From Pseudomonadota bacterium (GTDB lineage: Bacteria > Pseudomonadota > Gammaproteobacteria > Pseudomonadales > Moraxellaceae), in contig JAEWKT010000052.1 in assembly GCA_023393635.1 (NCBI GenBank), forward strand, positions 13,573 to 77,572: a DNA stretch of 64,000 bases. The letters run 5' to 3'. A model generated the notes under the pieces. It had not been told where the DNA came from. It made no database searches and was given only the letters and a program-made list of their open reading frames with translations. The translations under genes were made by a program, and so were the position numbers. Below, piece after piece: positions 36,820 through 46,209 of this stretch (position 1 is the stretch's first letter; each line of letters starts with the position of its first letter).

Positions 36820-38289
36820 ATGTATGCATCTAATTCGGCTTTATTAAATGCGCTAGCACAGCAAAAAATTAGATTTAAGCAAGTGCTTAGTTTTATTGAG
36901 GCGCGTTATGATTTTAGCCCTACCGCGTTTGAAAATGGTGCGCAAAAAAATGCTGCAAATGAAAATCAAGGAAGCTGCAAAGTATTTTCATTTGCCCAGT
37001 TAAATCATTTTAATCAATTAGATACACTTGCCCTATTTGCCGAGCATTATCATGCCGTACGCGATAGCCCAGAAGGCACAGATCACCAAAATATTCGTCA
37101 GTTTATTCATCATGGTTGGGCAGGAATCCAGTTTGATGGCCAAGCATTAACCCCAAAAAGTAATATTGATGAAATTAATCAAAAAGTTGCCCAAACTTAT
37201 GCCGCAGGCGGCAGTGAATTTGCCGAACTACAAAATGTAGAAAATCCACAGCCCACCGAAAATCAGCCAGGCGCGGTACCAACGCCTAACCCTGTCAGTG
37301 ATGAGCTGGTAGAAAATACCAAAAATTTTACTGAGCCAAGTGGGGTGAAGGACGCTGATGGCAGCGTTGATGAAAAAGCACAAGCCGCGCCTGAAGCTTC
37401 AGTTGCAGCGGCACCGACTCAAACTGACGCTGTGGCTGAAACGTCTCCAGTTGCTGATACTGAGCCTGTGCTTGCGCCCGCTAACGCTGAACAACCCGAA
37501 CCAATTGCCGAACAGCCAGCTATTGATGATGCACATGAGAACTTCGATGAGAAAGCTGAGCAAGCCATTGCAGAAGCCCAAGCAGTCAATAACAATGAAA
37601 CAATCATTGCACCTGCACCAGGTTCTTCAAACACCATGAACAGCGAAAGTACCTATCACTGCGACAATGATAGCGTGACCGAAGGCACAGCAACGCATGA
37701 TGTGGACTCAGAAGTCTCAACAACTGACACTACTTCTTCTGTGTCCTCCACTAGCGCATCTACAACTGCGCAAACCCATGGGGCAAGTGATTTAGGTACT
37801 AGTGCATCTGAGTTAGTTGCAGACAATGCCAACCATATTGCGGATAATCCAGCTGCGTTTATTGAGCAAGACAATAGCACTACGCCTGCCAATGAGGAGG
37901 AAGCCAGTGATTCTGCCGCCACGATAAATACAACGAAAGCCTCGACCGCCGATACTGCAAATACTGCAAATACTGCAAATACTGCAAATGCAAGCACACT
38001 TGGCACAGCCAGTGCATCAGAAATTGCTCACAGTAATGCAGTTCATGTTGCAGACAATCCTGCGGCATTTATTGAAGAAAAAAATACGGATACCGACAGT
38101 AATGAACCCGCCACTGGTACTGATGACCATACCCATACTGAGCCTAAAGCCATTCATACCGACACCAATAAAGAGATGGTAGATGGTCATGGTTCAGCCA
38201 GCACTACTGCCGATTCAACCACCAGTACCACCCGTGATGGAGAAGTCAACGAGCAAGTAACCAGTAGCGAAAAACCGCAAAACCAGTAA
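36820..38289 (+). CDS. HopJ-family domain fused to a long acidic low-complexity tail
   Basis: First ~110 aa carry HopJ signatures (YDFSPTAFENG, NQGSCKVFSFA, LFAEHY, HQNIRQF...GW). The remaining ~375 aa are rich in A/T/E/D/S. GAGGAG RBS. Confidence 0.8.
   Translation: MYASNSALLNALAQQKIRFKQVLSFIEARYDFSPTAFENGAQKNAANENQGSCKVFSFAQLNHFNQLDTLALFAEHYHAVRDSPEGTDHQNIRQFIHHGWAGIQFDGQALTPKSNIDEINQKVAQTYAAGGSEFAELQNVENPQPTENQPGAVPTPNPVSDELVENTKNFTEPSGVKDADGSVDEKAQAAPEASVAAAPTQTDAVAETSPVADTEPVLAPANAEQPEPIAEQPAIDDAHENFDEKAEQAIAEAQAVNNNETIIAPAPGSSNTMNSESTYHCDNDSVTEGTATHDVDSEVSTTDTTSSVSSTSASTTAQTHGASDLGTSASELVADNANHIADNPAAFIEQDNSTTPANEEEASDSAATINTTKASTADTANTANTANTANASTLGTASASEIAHSNAVHVADNPAAFIEEKNTDTDSNEPATGTDDHTHTEPKAIHTDTNKEMVDGHGSASTTADSTTSTTRDGEVNEQVTSSEKPQNQ
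37952..37987 (+). repeat. In-frame 9-bp tandem repeat (ATACTGCAA)x4
   Basis: Four exact copies encoding Thr-Ala-Asn repeats in the HopJ-fusion tail. Confidence 0.95.
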
Positions 38290-38357
38290 ATCTGTCTATC
38301 TGGGTTTATTTTTACTGCAAGCACTTATCTTGCTTGAATGACTCAATAGACCTAAAC

Positions 38358-38388
38358 ACCGACTGCTATTATCCGCAGTCGGTTTTTT
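38358..38388 (+). terminator. Rho-independent terminator between convergent genes
   Basis: ACCGACTGC-TATTATCC-GCAGTCGGT followed by a T-run. Confidence 0.8.
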
Positions 38389-38389
38389 C

Positions 38390-39658
38390 TTAATGTTGTT
38401 TTTGTTTGTCCAGCCAGCTCAGCACGCCTTGCCCTGCCTGTCGTCCTGTGGCAAAACATGCGGTTAGTAAATAGCCCCCTGTAGGCGCATCCCAGTCCAG
38501 CATTTCACCACAGCAAAATACACCTGATAGTTGCTTTAACATAAGCTGGTCATCTAATGCACTCAGGCTGACCCCACCTGCGGTACTAATGGCTTCATCC
38601 ATTGGTCTAAAACCATGAATAAGCACGGGCAGTTGCTTTATTGTAGCGGCTACTTTTTTAGGGTTTGTCCAGTCCTGCTTAGGCAGGCATTCACGCAACA
38701 AGGCAATTTTACTGGGATCTAACCCCGCTTTACGCCATGTGGTTTGCATGGATTGCTTCGCAGTTTTTTGTAGCTTATTAGCCAATACCTCAGTGTCTAC
38801 ATCAGGCAGCAAATCAAAATAAATGCAGGCACTGTCATGTTGATTCAGTTGCTCGCGCAATTCACGGCTTAGGCGATAAATGAGTCCACCTTCCAAGCCA
38901 TAATGGCTAATTACCGCCTCACCCTGATAGTCATAACCCGCATTTACCCATGCTTTAACGCGCTTTAAGGGCTGGCCTGCCAAGGGCTGCATAAAAGCCG
39001 ACCAATCAACCAGCACGCCCACGTTAGAGGCTTGCAAGGGTTGAATATCAATATGCTGGGCCTGTAATAACGTAATCCATGCGGCATCACTACCCAGTCT
39101 TGCCCAACTGCCACCACCCAAGGCCAATACTACTGCGCTGGCCTGCACGCCTATTTGCTGCGCCCCATGTTCTCCATGGTCTAATTGATGCTGGGCAAGA
39201 TGGTTAAAAAGTAAATCGCCCTTCTCATTCCATCCTAACCATTGGTGTCGGTAAAAAAATGCTACCCCCTGGTTTTTTAAGCGTAATAGCCAAGCACGTA
39301 ACAACGGAGCGGCTTTCATGGCAACAGGAAAAATACGCCCAGAGCTACCCACATACGATTCAATGCCTAAATCATGCATCCATTGCTGTATCCATGCCGC
39401 ATCACATTGCCGTAGCATGGGCATAAGCCACTCTGGCTGATCATAACGCTGTACAAAAGCATCAAATGCTTCGCTATGGCTAATGTTTAATCCTGTTTTA
39501 CCTGCCATTAAAAACTTACGCGCTGCCGTGGGTTTTTGCTCATATACCTGCACGGCATAGCCTGCTTGCGCCAGTACTTCTGCGGCCATCAGACCTGCAG
39601 GGCCTGCACCAATTACCACTACAGGCTTGTTATCCAAACGATCAGTCTGCGTCATCAA
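38390..39658 (-). CDS. BaiN/HI0933-family flavoprotein (TIGR03862-like)
   Basis: GAGPAG, RKFLMAG..GLNISH, GSSGRIFP, AISTAGGV, GEMLDWDAPTGGYLL. Confidence 0.9.
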   Translation of the reverse strand: MMTQTDRLDNKPVVVIGAGPAGLMAAEVLAQAGYAVQVYEQKPTAARKFLMAGKTGLNISHSEAFDAFVQRYDQPEWLMPMLRQCDAAWIQQWMHDLGIESYVGSSGRIFPVAMKAAPLLRAWLLRLKNQGVAFFYRHQWLGWNEKGDLLFNHLAQHQLDHGEHGAQQIGVQASAVVLALGGGSWARLGSDAAWITLLQAQHIDIQPLQASNVGVLVDWSAFMQPLAGQPLKRVKAWVNAGYDYQGEAVISHYGLEGGLIYRLSRELREQLNQHDSACIYFDLLPDVDTEVLANKLQKTAKQSMQTTWRKAGLDPSKIALLRECLPKQDWTNPKKVAATIKQLPVLIHGFRPMDEAISTAGGVSLSALDDQLMLKQLSGVFCCGEMLDWDAPTGGYLLTACFATGRQAGQGVLSWLDKQKQH

Positions 39659-39664
39659 AATGTG

Positions 39665-40279
39665 CTACGCTTGAATATACTGATCAAAACGGGTTTGATA
39701 ATCAGCAGGCTTGCTAATGATGAGTTGCTGGCATGGCTCACCGCGCTGTAAATACTTCACCTCAAAATGAGTCCGTGCCGAGTCTGTCGCAATATCTTGT
39801 CGTTGGTAGGGCAAATGCCATGTATCGATTAACTGCTGCTCCGCTTCGTTTAAATAAGCTGGAATATTACTGGCCAGCGTAATGCTTGCCCCTGCTTGCA
39901 ACCGTGACAGCAAAAACTCAAAAAAAGGCATGTTCAGCCAGCGCTGGGCAGGATTTTTGGGCTCTGGATTAGGATATAAAATAAACAGTTGCTCCACACT
40001 GGCAGGCGGCAGTGCATGGACTACCCATGGCAGTGCATCAGCATGGATGGGGTGCAAATTGTTGAGTTGATGCTCCTGCTGACGTACTGCAAACACCTTA
40101 AACTTGGCTGCGGTGCGCTCAATCGCCACCAATGTTTTATCAGGATGTTGCTCGGCAAACAAAATGGCATGCCGTCCCATGCCTGCACCAATTTCAAGGC
40201 AAATCGGTTGATTAAACACTGGACGTACAAAGCCACGAGGTGCTTGCAAATACTGTGGTTGAAATAATCGGGCAGCCAT
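39665..40279 (-). CDS. TrmB-like class I SAM-dependent methyltransferase
   Basis: EIGAGMG motif I, AIER, DA, YPNPEPK, THFE.KY; TrmB-like layout with divergent motifs. ATG 40279 preferred. Confidence 0.75.
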   Translation of the reverse strand: MAARLFQPQYLQAPRGFVRPVFNQPICLEIGAGMGRHAILFAEQHPDKTLVAIERTAAKFKVFAVRQQEHQLNNLHPIHADALPWVVHALPPASVEQLFILYPNPEPKNPAQRWLNMPFFEFLLSRLQAGASITLASNIPAYLNEAEQQLIDTWHLPYQRQDIATDSARTHFEVKYLQRGEPCQQLIISKPADYQTRFDQYIQA

Positions 40280-40400
40280 AATTAGCACAATCAAAAAAGA
40301 GAATAGGTAGTTTACAAGACTTTATATACAGCGCATACATTGCAAAAAAATCTTAAGCCTTTAGACTTAAAACAACACCTGCGTAAAAGAGATTGATCTC

Positions 40401-40595
40401 ATGACAAAAGCAACTACTTTTCCTTGTCCACAGTGTAAAAAACCTTCTCTTTGGCAGGATAATCCTTCACGCCCGTTTTGTTCAGAACGCTGTAAGCTCA
40501 TTGATTTGGGCGCATGGGCCAATGAGGACTATAAAATTGCCACACAAACGCCGCCAGATTTAAATGACACCAATCACCCTGATGATCCTGACTGA
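40401..40595 (+). CDS. yacG: DNA gyrase inhibitor YacG
   Basis: CPQC...[17 protein letters not shown]. Confidence 0.95.
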   Translation: MTKATTFPCPQCKKPSLWQDNPSRPFCSERCKLIDLGAWANEDYKIATQTPPDLNDTNHPDDPD

Positions 40596-40671
40596 TAAAG
40601 ATGATTCATAAACTGGCTAATAAAACTACTGCTTCGTTAGCATTTGCTTGCTTTAAATCTTAAAACGGCAT

Positions 40672-40703
40672 AAAAAATCCTGCCAATGACAGCAGGATTT
40701 TTT
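40672..40703. terminator. Bidirectional terminator
   Basis: A6-TCCTGC-loop-GCAGGA-T6 between convergent genes. Confidence 0.85.
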
Positions 40704-40731
40704 ATTGATTGGCTGGCTTAGGTATTGCCCA

Positions 40732-41139
40732 TTAGTTAGCTAAAGGCGCAACTGATTTTGAAATCACCTGATTTAAAACCCATTTGGTTTGATATTGTCC
40801 AGTCTCAGCAGCCTGTATTACTTCTTGTCTTACATCTAGAATATAAGAATAACCTGGCTCAAACTCAAAACCCTGAATATCAGTTTTTAACGGATTAAAG
40901 TTGTTTTCATAGCGATTACGATACTGTAGACACTCAATCTGACCGCCATTAATACTATCGCACAAGGCCTTACGTGGTGAAATTTCAATTAAAAAGCTAG
41001 AAATTGGTTTTACCTTCACTGCTTTGACTTCCCCATCCTTTACCACAGGGGCTTTGGTATTCGCCATATCCTGATTAGTTTGACAGGCAGATAATGTGAA
41101 ACCTGTTACCGCTAATAGCGCAAATGCCAGCTTATTCAT
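40732..41139 (-). CDS. DUF4377-like lipoprotein
   Basis: Lipobox LSAC; C...CLQ...IQGFEFEPGY.Y pattern. Confidence 0.8.
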   Translation of the reverse strand: MNKLAFALLAVTGFTLSACQTNQDMANTKAPVVKDGEVKAVKVKPISSFLIEISPRKALCDSINGGQIECLQYRNRYENNFNPLKTDIQGFEFEPGYSYILDVRQEVIQAAETGQYQTKWVLNQVISKSVAPLAN

Positions 41140-41318
41140 CCTTAATACTCCAAGTAATCTTTGTATAAACTTTTTTAGTCGTTGGGCTAAGAGTACGTTT
41201 TTTTGACTAAATTACTAGAGCAATGAACAAATCAGAAAAGCACCAGTGGTGTAAAAATATATTTACTTACACTCCATTACAACTGGTGGCATTATTGTAT
41301 AACTTTTGGGAGTATGAA

Positions 41319-41975
41319 CTAGCCTGCACGGCCAGCCACAAAGGGGTTGGTTCTTTTTTCTTGCCCAATGGTACTCATTGGCCCATGTCCCGAGATAAAG
41401 CGCGTGTCATCAGGCAGGCTAAACAGCTCACGCTGGATTGAATCAATCAATTGCTGGTGGTTACCCTTAGGAAAGTCAGTGCGGCCAATGGAGCCTGCAA
41501 ACAGCACATCACCTGTCCAGACCATATTTAAATCTTTGCTGTAGATCACCACGTGCCCTGGCGTATGGCCAGGCGCAAAGCGTACCTCAAAACTATAGTT
41601 GCCCAGATACAGGGTTTCATTGCCCGCCAACCATTGATCCACTTTGACAGGCTGCGGCACTGCAAAGCCAAACATATGCGCTTGTTGCTCCAGTGCCTGT
41701 AACCAAAATTCATCTTCTTTGTGTGGCCCAATTACTGGCACCTGATAATTTCTGGCCAGCTCACCCACAGCACCAGCATGATCCAAATGGCCATGTGTTA
41801 ACCACAAAGCCACCAAGTTAAGGCCGCGCTGGGTAATAGCTTGCTTTAGACGTTCAACTTCGCCGCCCGCATCAATCAGTACAGCATCCTTGCTGTCATC
41901 ATCCCATAACAGGGTACAATTTTGCGCAAATGGGGTAACAGTAATAATTTCAAACTGCAACATGGCAAGCCTCAC
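41319..41975 (-). CDS. MBL-fold metallo-hydrolase (YcbL/GloC-like)
   Basis: THGHLDH, PGHTPG, GDVLFAGSIGRTD, GHG. Confidence 0.92.
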   Translation of the reverse strand: MRLAMLQFEIITVTPFAQNCTLLWDDDSKDAVLIDAGGEVERLKQAITQRGLNLVALWLTHGHLDHAGAVGELARNYQVPVIGPHKEDEFWLQALEQQAHMFGFAVPQPVKVDQWLAGNETLYLGNYSFEVRFAPGHTPGHVVIYSKDLNMVWTGDVLFAGSIGRTDFPKGNHQQLIDSIQRELFSLPDDTRFISGHGPMSTIGQEKRTNPFVAGRAG

Positions 41976-41999
41976 ATAAAATACACGGTCACACAGCGT

Positions 42000-43031
42000 T
42001 TAGTTTGCTGCATGAGGAAAAGATGATGCCAAAAAGCCATTCACCAATGGAGTGGTTAATGCGGCAAATAATTCAATATGCAAGTCATCACTATTTAAGG
42101 CAGGAATATAGCCATAGTGCTTGCCACCTGCCTGTAAAAATAACTCACTATTTTCAATGGCAAGTTCTTCTAAGGTTTCCAGGCAATCGGCTGAAAACGC
42201 AGGACTCATCACCTGAATACGTTCAATCCCTTGTTGTGCCCATTGTTCCAGTAGCGCGCTGGTATAGGGCTTGACCCATTCTTGCTTGCCAAAACGTGAC
42301 TGAAAGCTCATTGCCCATTGGTCATCATTAAGTTCAAGTGCCTGTGCTACCAGTTTAGCAGTGGTGCGGCACTGCTCAGGATACGGATCTCCCTTGTCAG
42401 CATAAGGCTGTGGAATACCATGAAAAGACATCAGCAGTTTCTCAGGCATGCCATGTTCGCGTTGATACTGCCGCACACGTTCAGCTAAAGCTGCAATATA
42501 TAAAGGATGCTGGTAATAGTCTTTAATTAAGGCAATCGATACCAGATCGCGGCGTTTACTCATCCATTGATTGACTGCATCAAACGCAGCACCCGTAGAG
42601 GTGGCCGAATATTGTGGAAACAACGGCAACACCACAATATGCTCAACCTGTTGTGCTTTAAGCGTATCGAGTACGGTGGCAGTGGCAGGGTTGCCATAGG
42701 TCATTGCAGCATGCACCGTCACCTCTGCCTGCGGATACAAGGGCTGTAATTTTTGTTGCAGTAATTGAACTTGCTGTTGCAGGATCAGGCGCATGGGTGA
42801 ATCACCATCTGCCCAAATACTGGCGTAGGCTTTGGCTACCCGTTTTGGCCTGAATGTCAACACAAATAAATTAAGAATGATCCACCATAACAATCTGGGG
42901 ATTTCAATCACGCGGCTATCTGATAAAAACTCTCTTAAATAACGTCTGACGCCAGCAGGTGTTGGCTCGTCTGGCGTGCCTAAGTTCATTAAAATGATGG
43001 CAATACGAGGTTTAGGGCATGAAGCAGACAT
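42000..43031 (-). CDS. hemH: Ferrochelatase
   Basis: [35 protein letters not shown] 43031 preferred. Confidence 0.97.
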   Translation of the reverse strand: MSASCPKPRIAIILMNLGTPDEPTPAGVRRYLREFLSDSRVIEIPRLLWWIILNLFVLTFRPKRVAKAYASIWADGDSPMRLILQQQVQLLQQKLQPLYPQAEVTVHAAMTYGNPATATVLDTLKAQQVEHIVVLPLFPQYSATSTGAAFDAVNQWMSKRRDLVSIALIKDYYQHPLYIAALAERVRQYQREHGMPEKLLMSFHGIPQPYADKGDPYPEQCRTTAKLVAQALELNDDQWAMSFQSRFGKQEWVKPYTSALLEQWAQQGIERIQVMSPAFSADCLETLEELAIENSELFLQAGGKHYGYIPALNSDDLHIELFAALTTPLVNGFLASSFPHAAN

Positions 43032-43121
43032 AAACACATCAATAAAAGTCAATTTGCTACAACTTAGCAAGACTTTGCTTAAAACACAAAAACTTGCACG
43101 TTTTCTTTAGGCTATATGTCT

Positions 43122-44129
43122 TTAAATGGCTTGTTTGCTTTTATTGGGGCTTAACATTAATTTTTCAGCTTGTGGAGTTAACTCCCATAACAGGCGCTGA
43201 CGATTATCACGTCCAATAGGAATAATCCAGTGATTATGTTTGAGCTGCATTTTAATACTGTGTAAGGCACGGATGTTAATTTGACTACGCGCGGTAGCAT
43301 GGGCACGTGGCATCACTTCACGCGCATCACTTAATGAAATTTGATTTAAATATTCATTAATCACTCGAACAAAGTTTTCCTCGGGTGCAGCAGGACTAAA
43401 CCCAGGACCTAATACACTAAGCAGTTCGCTCCATTTCATTTTTCGTTGTGGGCGTAGCTCTTTAAAATTACCATCCTGATAGGCATGTACCCGATAATCA
43501 AAGGCAAATTCTTCATCGGGCTGCACTTTGGGCAGGGTTAATATGGCGTCGCTTTGTGCCGTACTGGGTTGGTGTTCAAGCTGGGTAATTTTTTGGCGTA
43601 AGCGATCGATTTCATCTTGTAACTTTTGCGAGTCCTGCGGCCTGATCCACCCTGCACTGGCAAAACGTTCTGTCATTAAAGGCATGGCACGGCGCACTGC
43701 CATTTCGAGGTCACGCATATTGCGGTAGCTCACCACCACTTCGCGCTCACGTTGTAGTTGCTGTCTAAAATCATGAAATTTTAAACGCGCTTCACTGGTT
43801 TTTTCCTGTAATTCTGGCGGTCGACTTTCGGGTGCTTCATGCATAATCACCACAATCGGCTTTCTTTTAGTCACTGCATAAATATATTCAAGGTGCATAT
43901 AACTCACCCCAGAGGCTGAAAGTTCACCATAGCAGCCACCAAGCAGCAGCACAAAATAGTCACAATCATCAATTTGGCGACGGGCAAACGCAGTAGTAAG
44001 GGGTGTTCTTTGCTCTAGACCCCAGGAAAAAAAGCCTTGACTGACCAGCGCCTGCGAGAGTACGACGCGCTCAGCTTGCATATCAGTACCTGATGTACAA
44101 ATAAACACATGATAGCGTTTGTCAATCAT
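43122..44129 (-). CDS. DUF4062 domain-containing protein
   Basis: N-terminal VFI...DM.AER...IDDCDYFVLLLGG.YG...SYMHLEY.YA, then a coiled coil and a C-terminal domain. ATG 44129 preferred. Confidence 0.85.
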   Translation of the reverse strand: MIDKRYHVFICTSGTDMQAERVVLSQALVSQGFFSWGLEQRTPLTTAFARRQIDDCDYFVLLLGGCYGELSASGVSYMHLEYIYAVTKRKPIVVIMHEAPESRPPELQEKTSEARLKFHDFRQQLQREREVVVSYRNMRDLEMAVRRAMPLMTERFASAGWIRPQDSQKLQDEIDRLRQKITQLEHQPSTAQSDAILTLPKVQPDEEFAFDYRVHAYQDGNFKELRPQRKMKWSELLSVLGPGFSPAAPEENFVRVINEYLNQISLSDAREVMPRAHATARSQINIRALHSIKMQLKHNHWIIPIGRDNRQRLLWELTPQAEKLMLSPNKSKQAI

Positions 44130-44324
44130 AAAACTTTCCTTGGTCAATCATCCTTGAACGCACCATCGCCTCAATTGCCTTGCATTATATCGCAACCATT
44201 GGCAAAAACAGTCACTTTTTCTTCATGACGGCACAACTAGACTATTTATTGCGCACCGCTATACTTTTTTTGCAGTCTATCGTTCAAGTGCATCAGTTGC
44301 AACCAGTCAGCTAAAACCAAGTGG

Positions 44325-45239
44325 TTAAGGATGGGTAAAATGACTCAGAATGGCATGCTGAATTGGCAGTAGCGTTTGCCCAGTGTGTCGCATTAAGTCC
44401 TCTAAAACGGGTTGTGCTTGTTGAATATCACCTGTCACAAAACACTGTAGCTGCGCTAAATGATAGTTTTTGCCATTGGTCGGAAAATTTAATTTTTGTG
44501 CAGCCAGCACACGGCCAGTCTGCCGCGCCACCGCAAGTCCTGAGTCAATGAGGGTAAATTGTTGACCAAATACTGCCTCTATGCTGTGTTTTAAAAATGG
44601 ATAATGTGTACAGCCTAATACCAAATAATCAGCACCTGCTTGTTGTAAAGGTTGCAATACCTGTTTTAACTCGGCCTGGCAAGCTGCACTGTTTTGCATC
44701 CCGCGTTCTACAAATGGGACCAGGGCTGGACTGACCACAGTCATCACCTTAACATGCGCAGGCGTTGCCACCTGTGCAATCACCTCCTTTAATAAGGTGC
44801 CGCGCAATGTGCCAGGCGTTGCCAGCACGCCAATCACTTTAGACTGGGTTTTTAATACCGCAGGTTTTACCGCAGGCACCAAGCCAATCACAGGAAAGCC
44901 TGTACCATAATGCTCGCGCAAATGGGTGAGGCTAAATGCAGAAGCGGTATTGCACGCCACCACCACAGCCTTGCAGCCCTGCTGATGCAACCACGCCACT
45001 GCCTGACTGGTGAGTTGATAAATTTCTTCATCACTGCGCTGGCCATAGGGCACATTTTTGGTATCAGCCAGATAAATAATGGACTCATGCGGTAAATGCG
45101 CTTGTATCTCTTGCACAATGGATAAGCCACCCATGCCAGAATCAAACACGCCAATGGGCGCATGGGCGCGCGGTATCGTTTGCTCAGTGCTGGCAGACTG
45201 TGAATTTAAAGCTGATAAAACGCTGGTGGTAGACGTCAT
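44325..45239 (-). CDS. murI: Glutamate racemase
   Basis: FDSGMGG, PYG, ACNTAS, LGCTHY. Confidence 0.97.
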   Translation of the reverse strand: MTSTTSVLSALNSQSASTEQTIPRAHAPIGVFDSGMGGLSIVQEIQAHLPHESIIYLADTKNVPYGQRSDEEIYQLTSQAVAWLHQQGCKAVVVACNTASAFSLTHLREHYGTGFPVIGLVPAVKPAVLKTQSKVIGVLATPGTLRGTLLKEVIAQVATPAHVKVMTVVSPALVPFVERGMQNSAACQAELKQVLQPLQQAGADYLVLGCTHYPFLKHSIEAVFGQQFTLIDSGLAVARQTGRVLAAQKLNFPTNGKNYHLAQLQCFVTGDIQQAQPVLEDLMRHTGQTLLPIQHAILSHFTHP

Positions 45240-45373
45240 ACAATGCTGTATTTAAAGATACGTTGATATAAAACCATCATTTAAGGATGATAAACAGGGC
45301 TAGGCAAGCGCGATTTTACAGGCGAAAAGTGGCAACACAGACATGGTGTTCTTGAAATCAGGCATCATTCATT

Positions 45374-46006
45374 TTATTGAGAAAGTGCCTCTTCACCCAG
45401 ACTAAACTCAAAATCCCCGCTTTTTAATTTTACAACAGTTGTCTCATCGTGTTCTATAAATTCACCTTCATCAAGCAAGTGATAAAACGCATTGCGATGA
45501 ATGAGTGCATCTAAATCCCAGCGCACCGTAATATAAGGCCGTAACTCACCCTGATACTCACGTAAAAAAACAGGATGTTGCGCATCAATCACCACAATAT
45601 CATCGGTTTGGGTAATACAAGTTAAGTAGTTTTTACCATCGATGCTTACTTTTTCAATATGGGTGACCAATAAAGGCGCATCTTCAACTTCTATACGCAG
45701 TTTTTCTACAGGCGTTTTTAAGTAAAATTCACCTTCCTCACGCCATAGCACACTGGCAAACAACTTGATCATGGCATCACGGTTAATTTTAGAACCTTCA
45801 TGCCACCATTCGCCATTCGATTTGACTGTTAAGTTCATCGTGCCGCAAAACTTGGGGTTCCACTGATCGACTGGGGGAATAGATCGTGGGGCTTTGGTGT
45901 GATGGTGGGCAAGCAAAGCCGCGATATGACTTAAGCTTACACCTGTTTTGGCATGCTCATGCGCAGTATTTTTTTGATGCTCAATTAAGGTATTTGTCTG
46001 TTTCAT
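45374..46006 (-). CDS. DUF1285 family protein
   Basis: PPVDQWNP.FCG, GEWWHEG, LKTPVEK..I.VEDAP. Confidence 0.88.
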   Translation of the reverse strand: MKQTNTLIEHQKNTAHEHAKTGVSLSHIAALLAHHHTKAPRSIPPVDQWNPKFCGTMNLTVKSNGEWWHEGSKINRDAMIKLFASVLWREEGEFYLKTPVEKLRIEVEDAPLLVTHIEKVSIDGKNYLTCITQTDDIVVIDAQHPVFLREYQGELRPYITVRWDLDALIHRNAFYHLLDEGEFIEHDETTVVKLKSGDFEFSLGEEALSQ

Positions 46007-46209
46007 TGTCTAATATGTCCAAGTTGACATTAAATAATCAATGTATTGCCAATTGGCTTAACGCCCTGAATAACTTTATACTATACGGCAATGTTTAAGA
46101 CATTCCTTTTTTGTGTCTGATCAAATACTCATGGCAGCACCGGGCAATGCTCAGTTTAGAGTAATAATACGTCTTACGGTTGCCACCTTTTCAAAATGAG
46201 GAGTCCTTA

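Noticed and set aside
36820..37160. HopJ domain as evidence of type III secretion
   Set aside because: HopJ homologues are widespread in bacteria without T3SS and no T3SS genes are present here.
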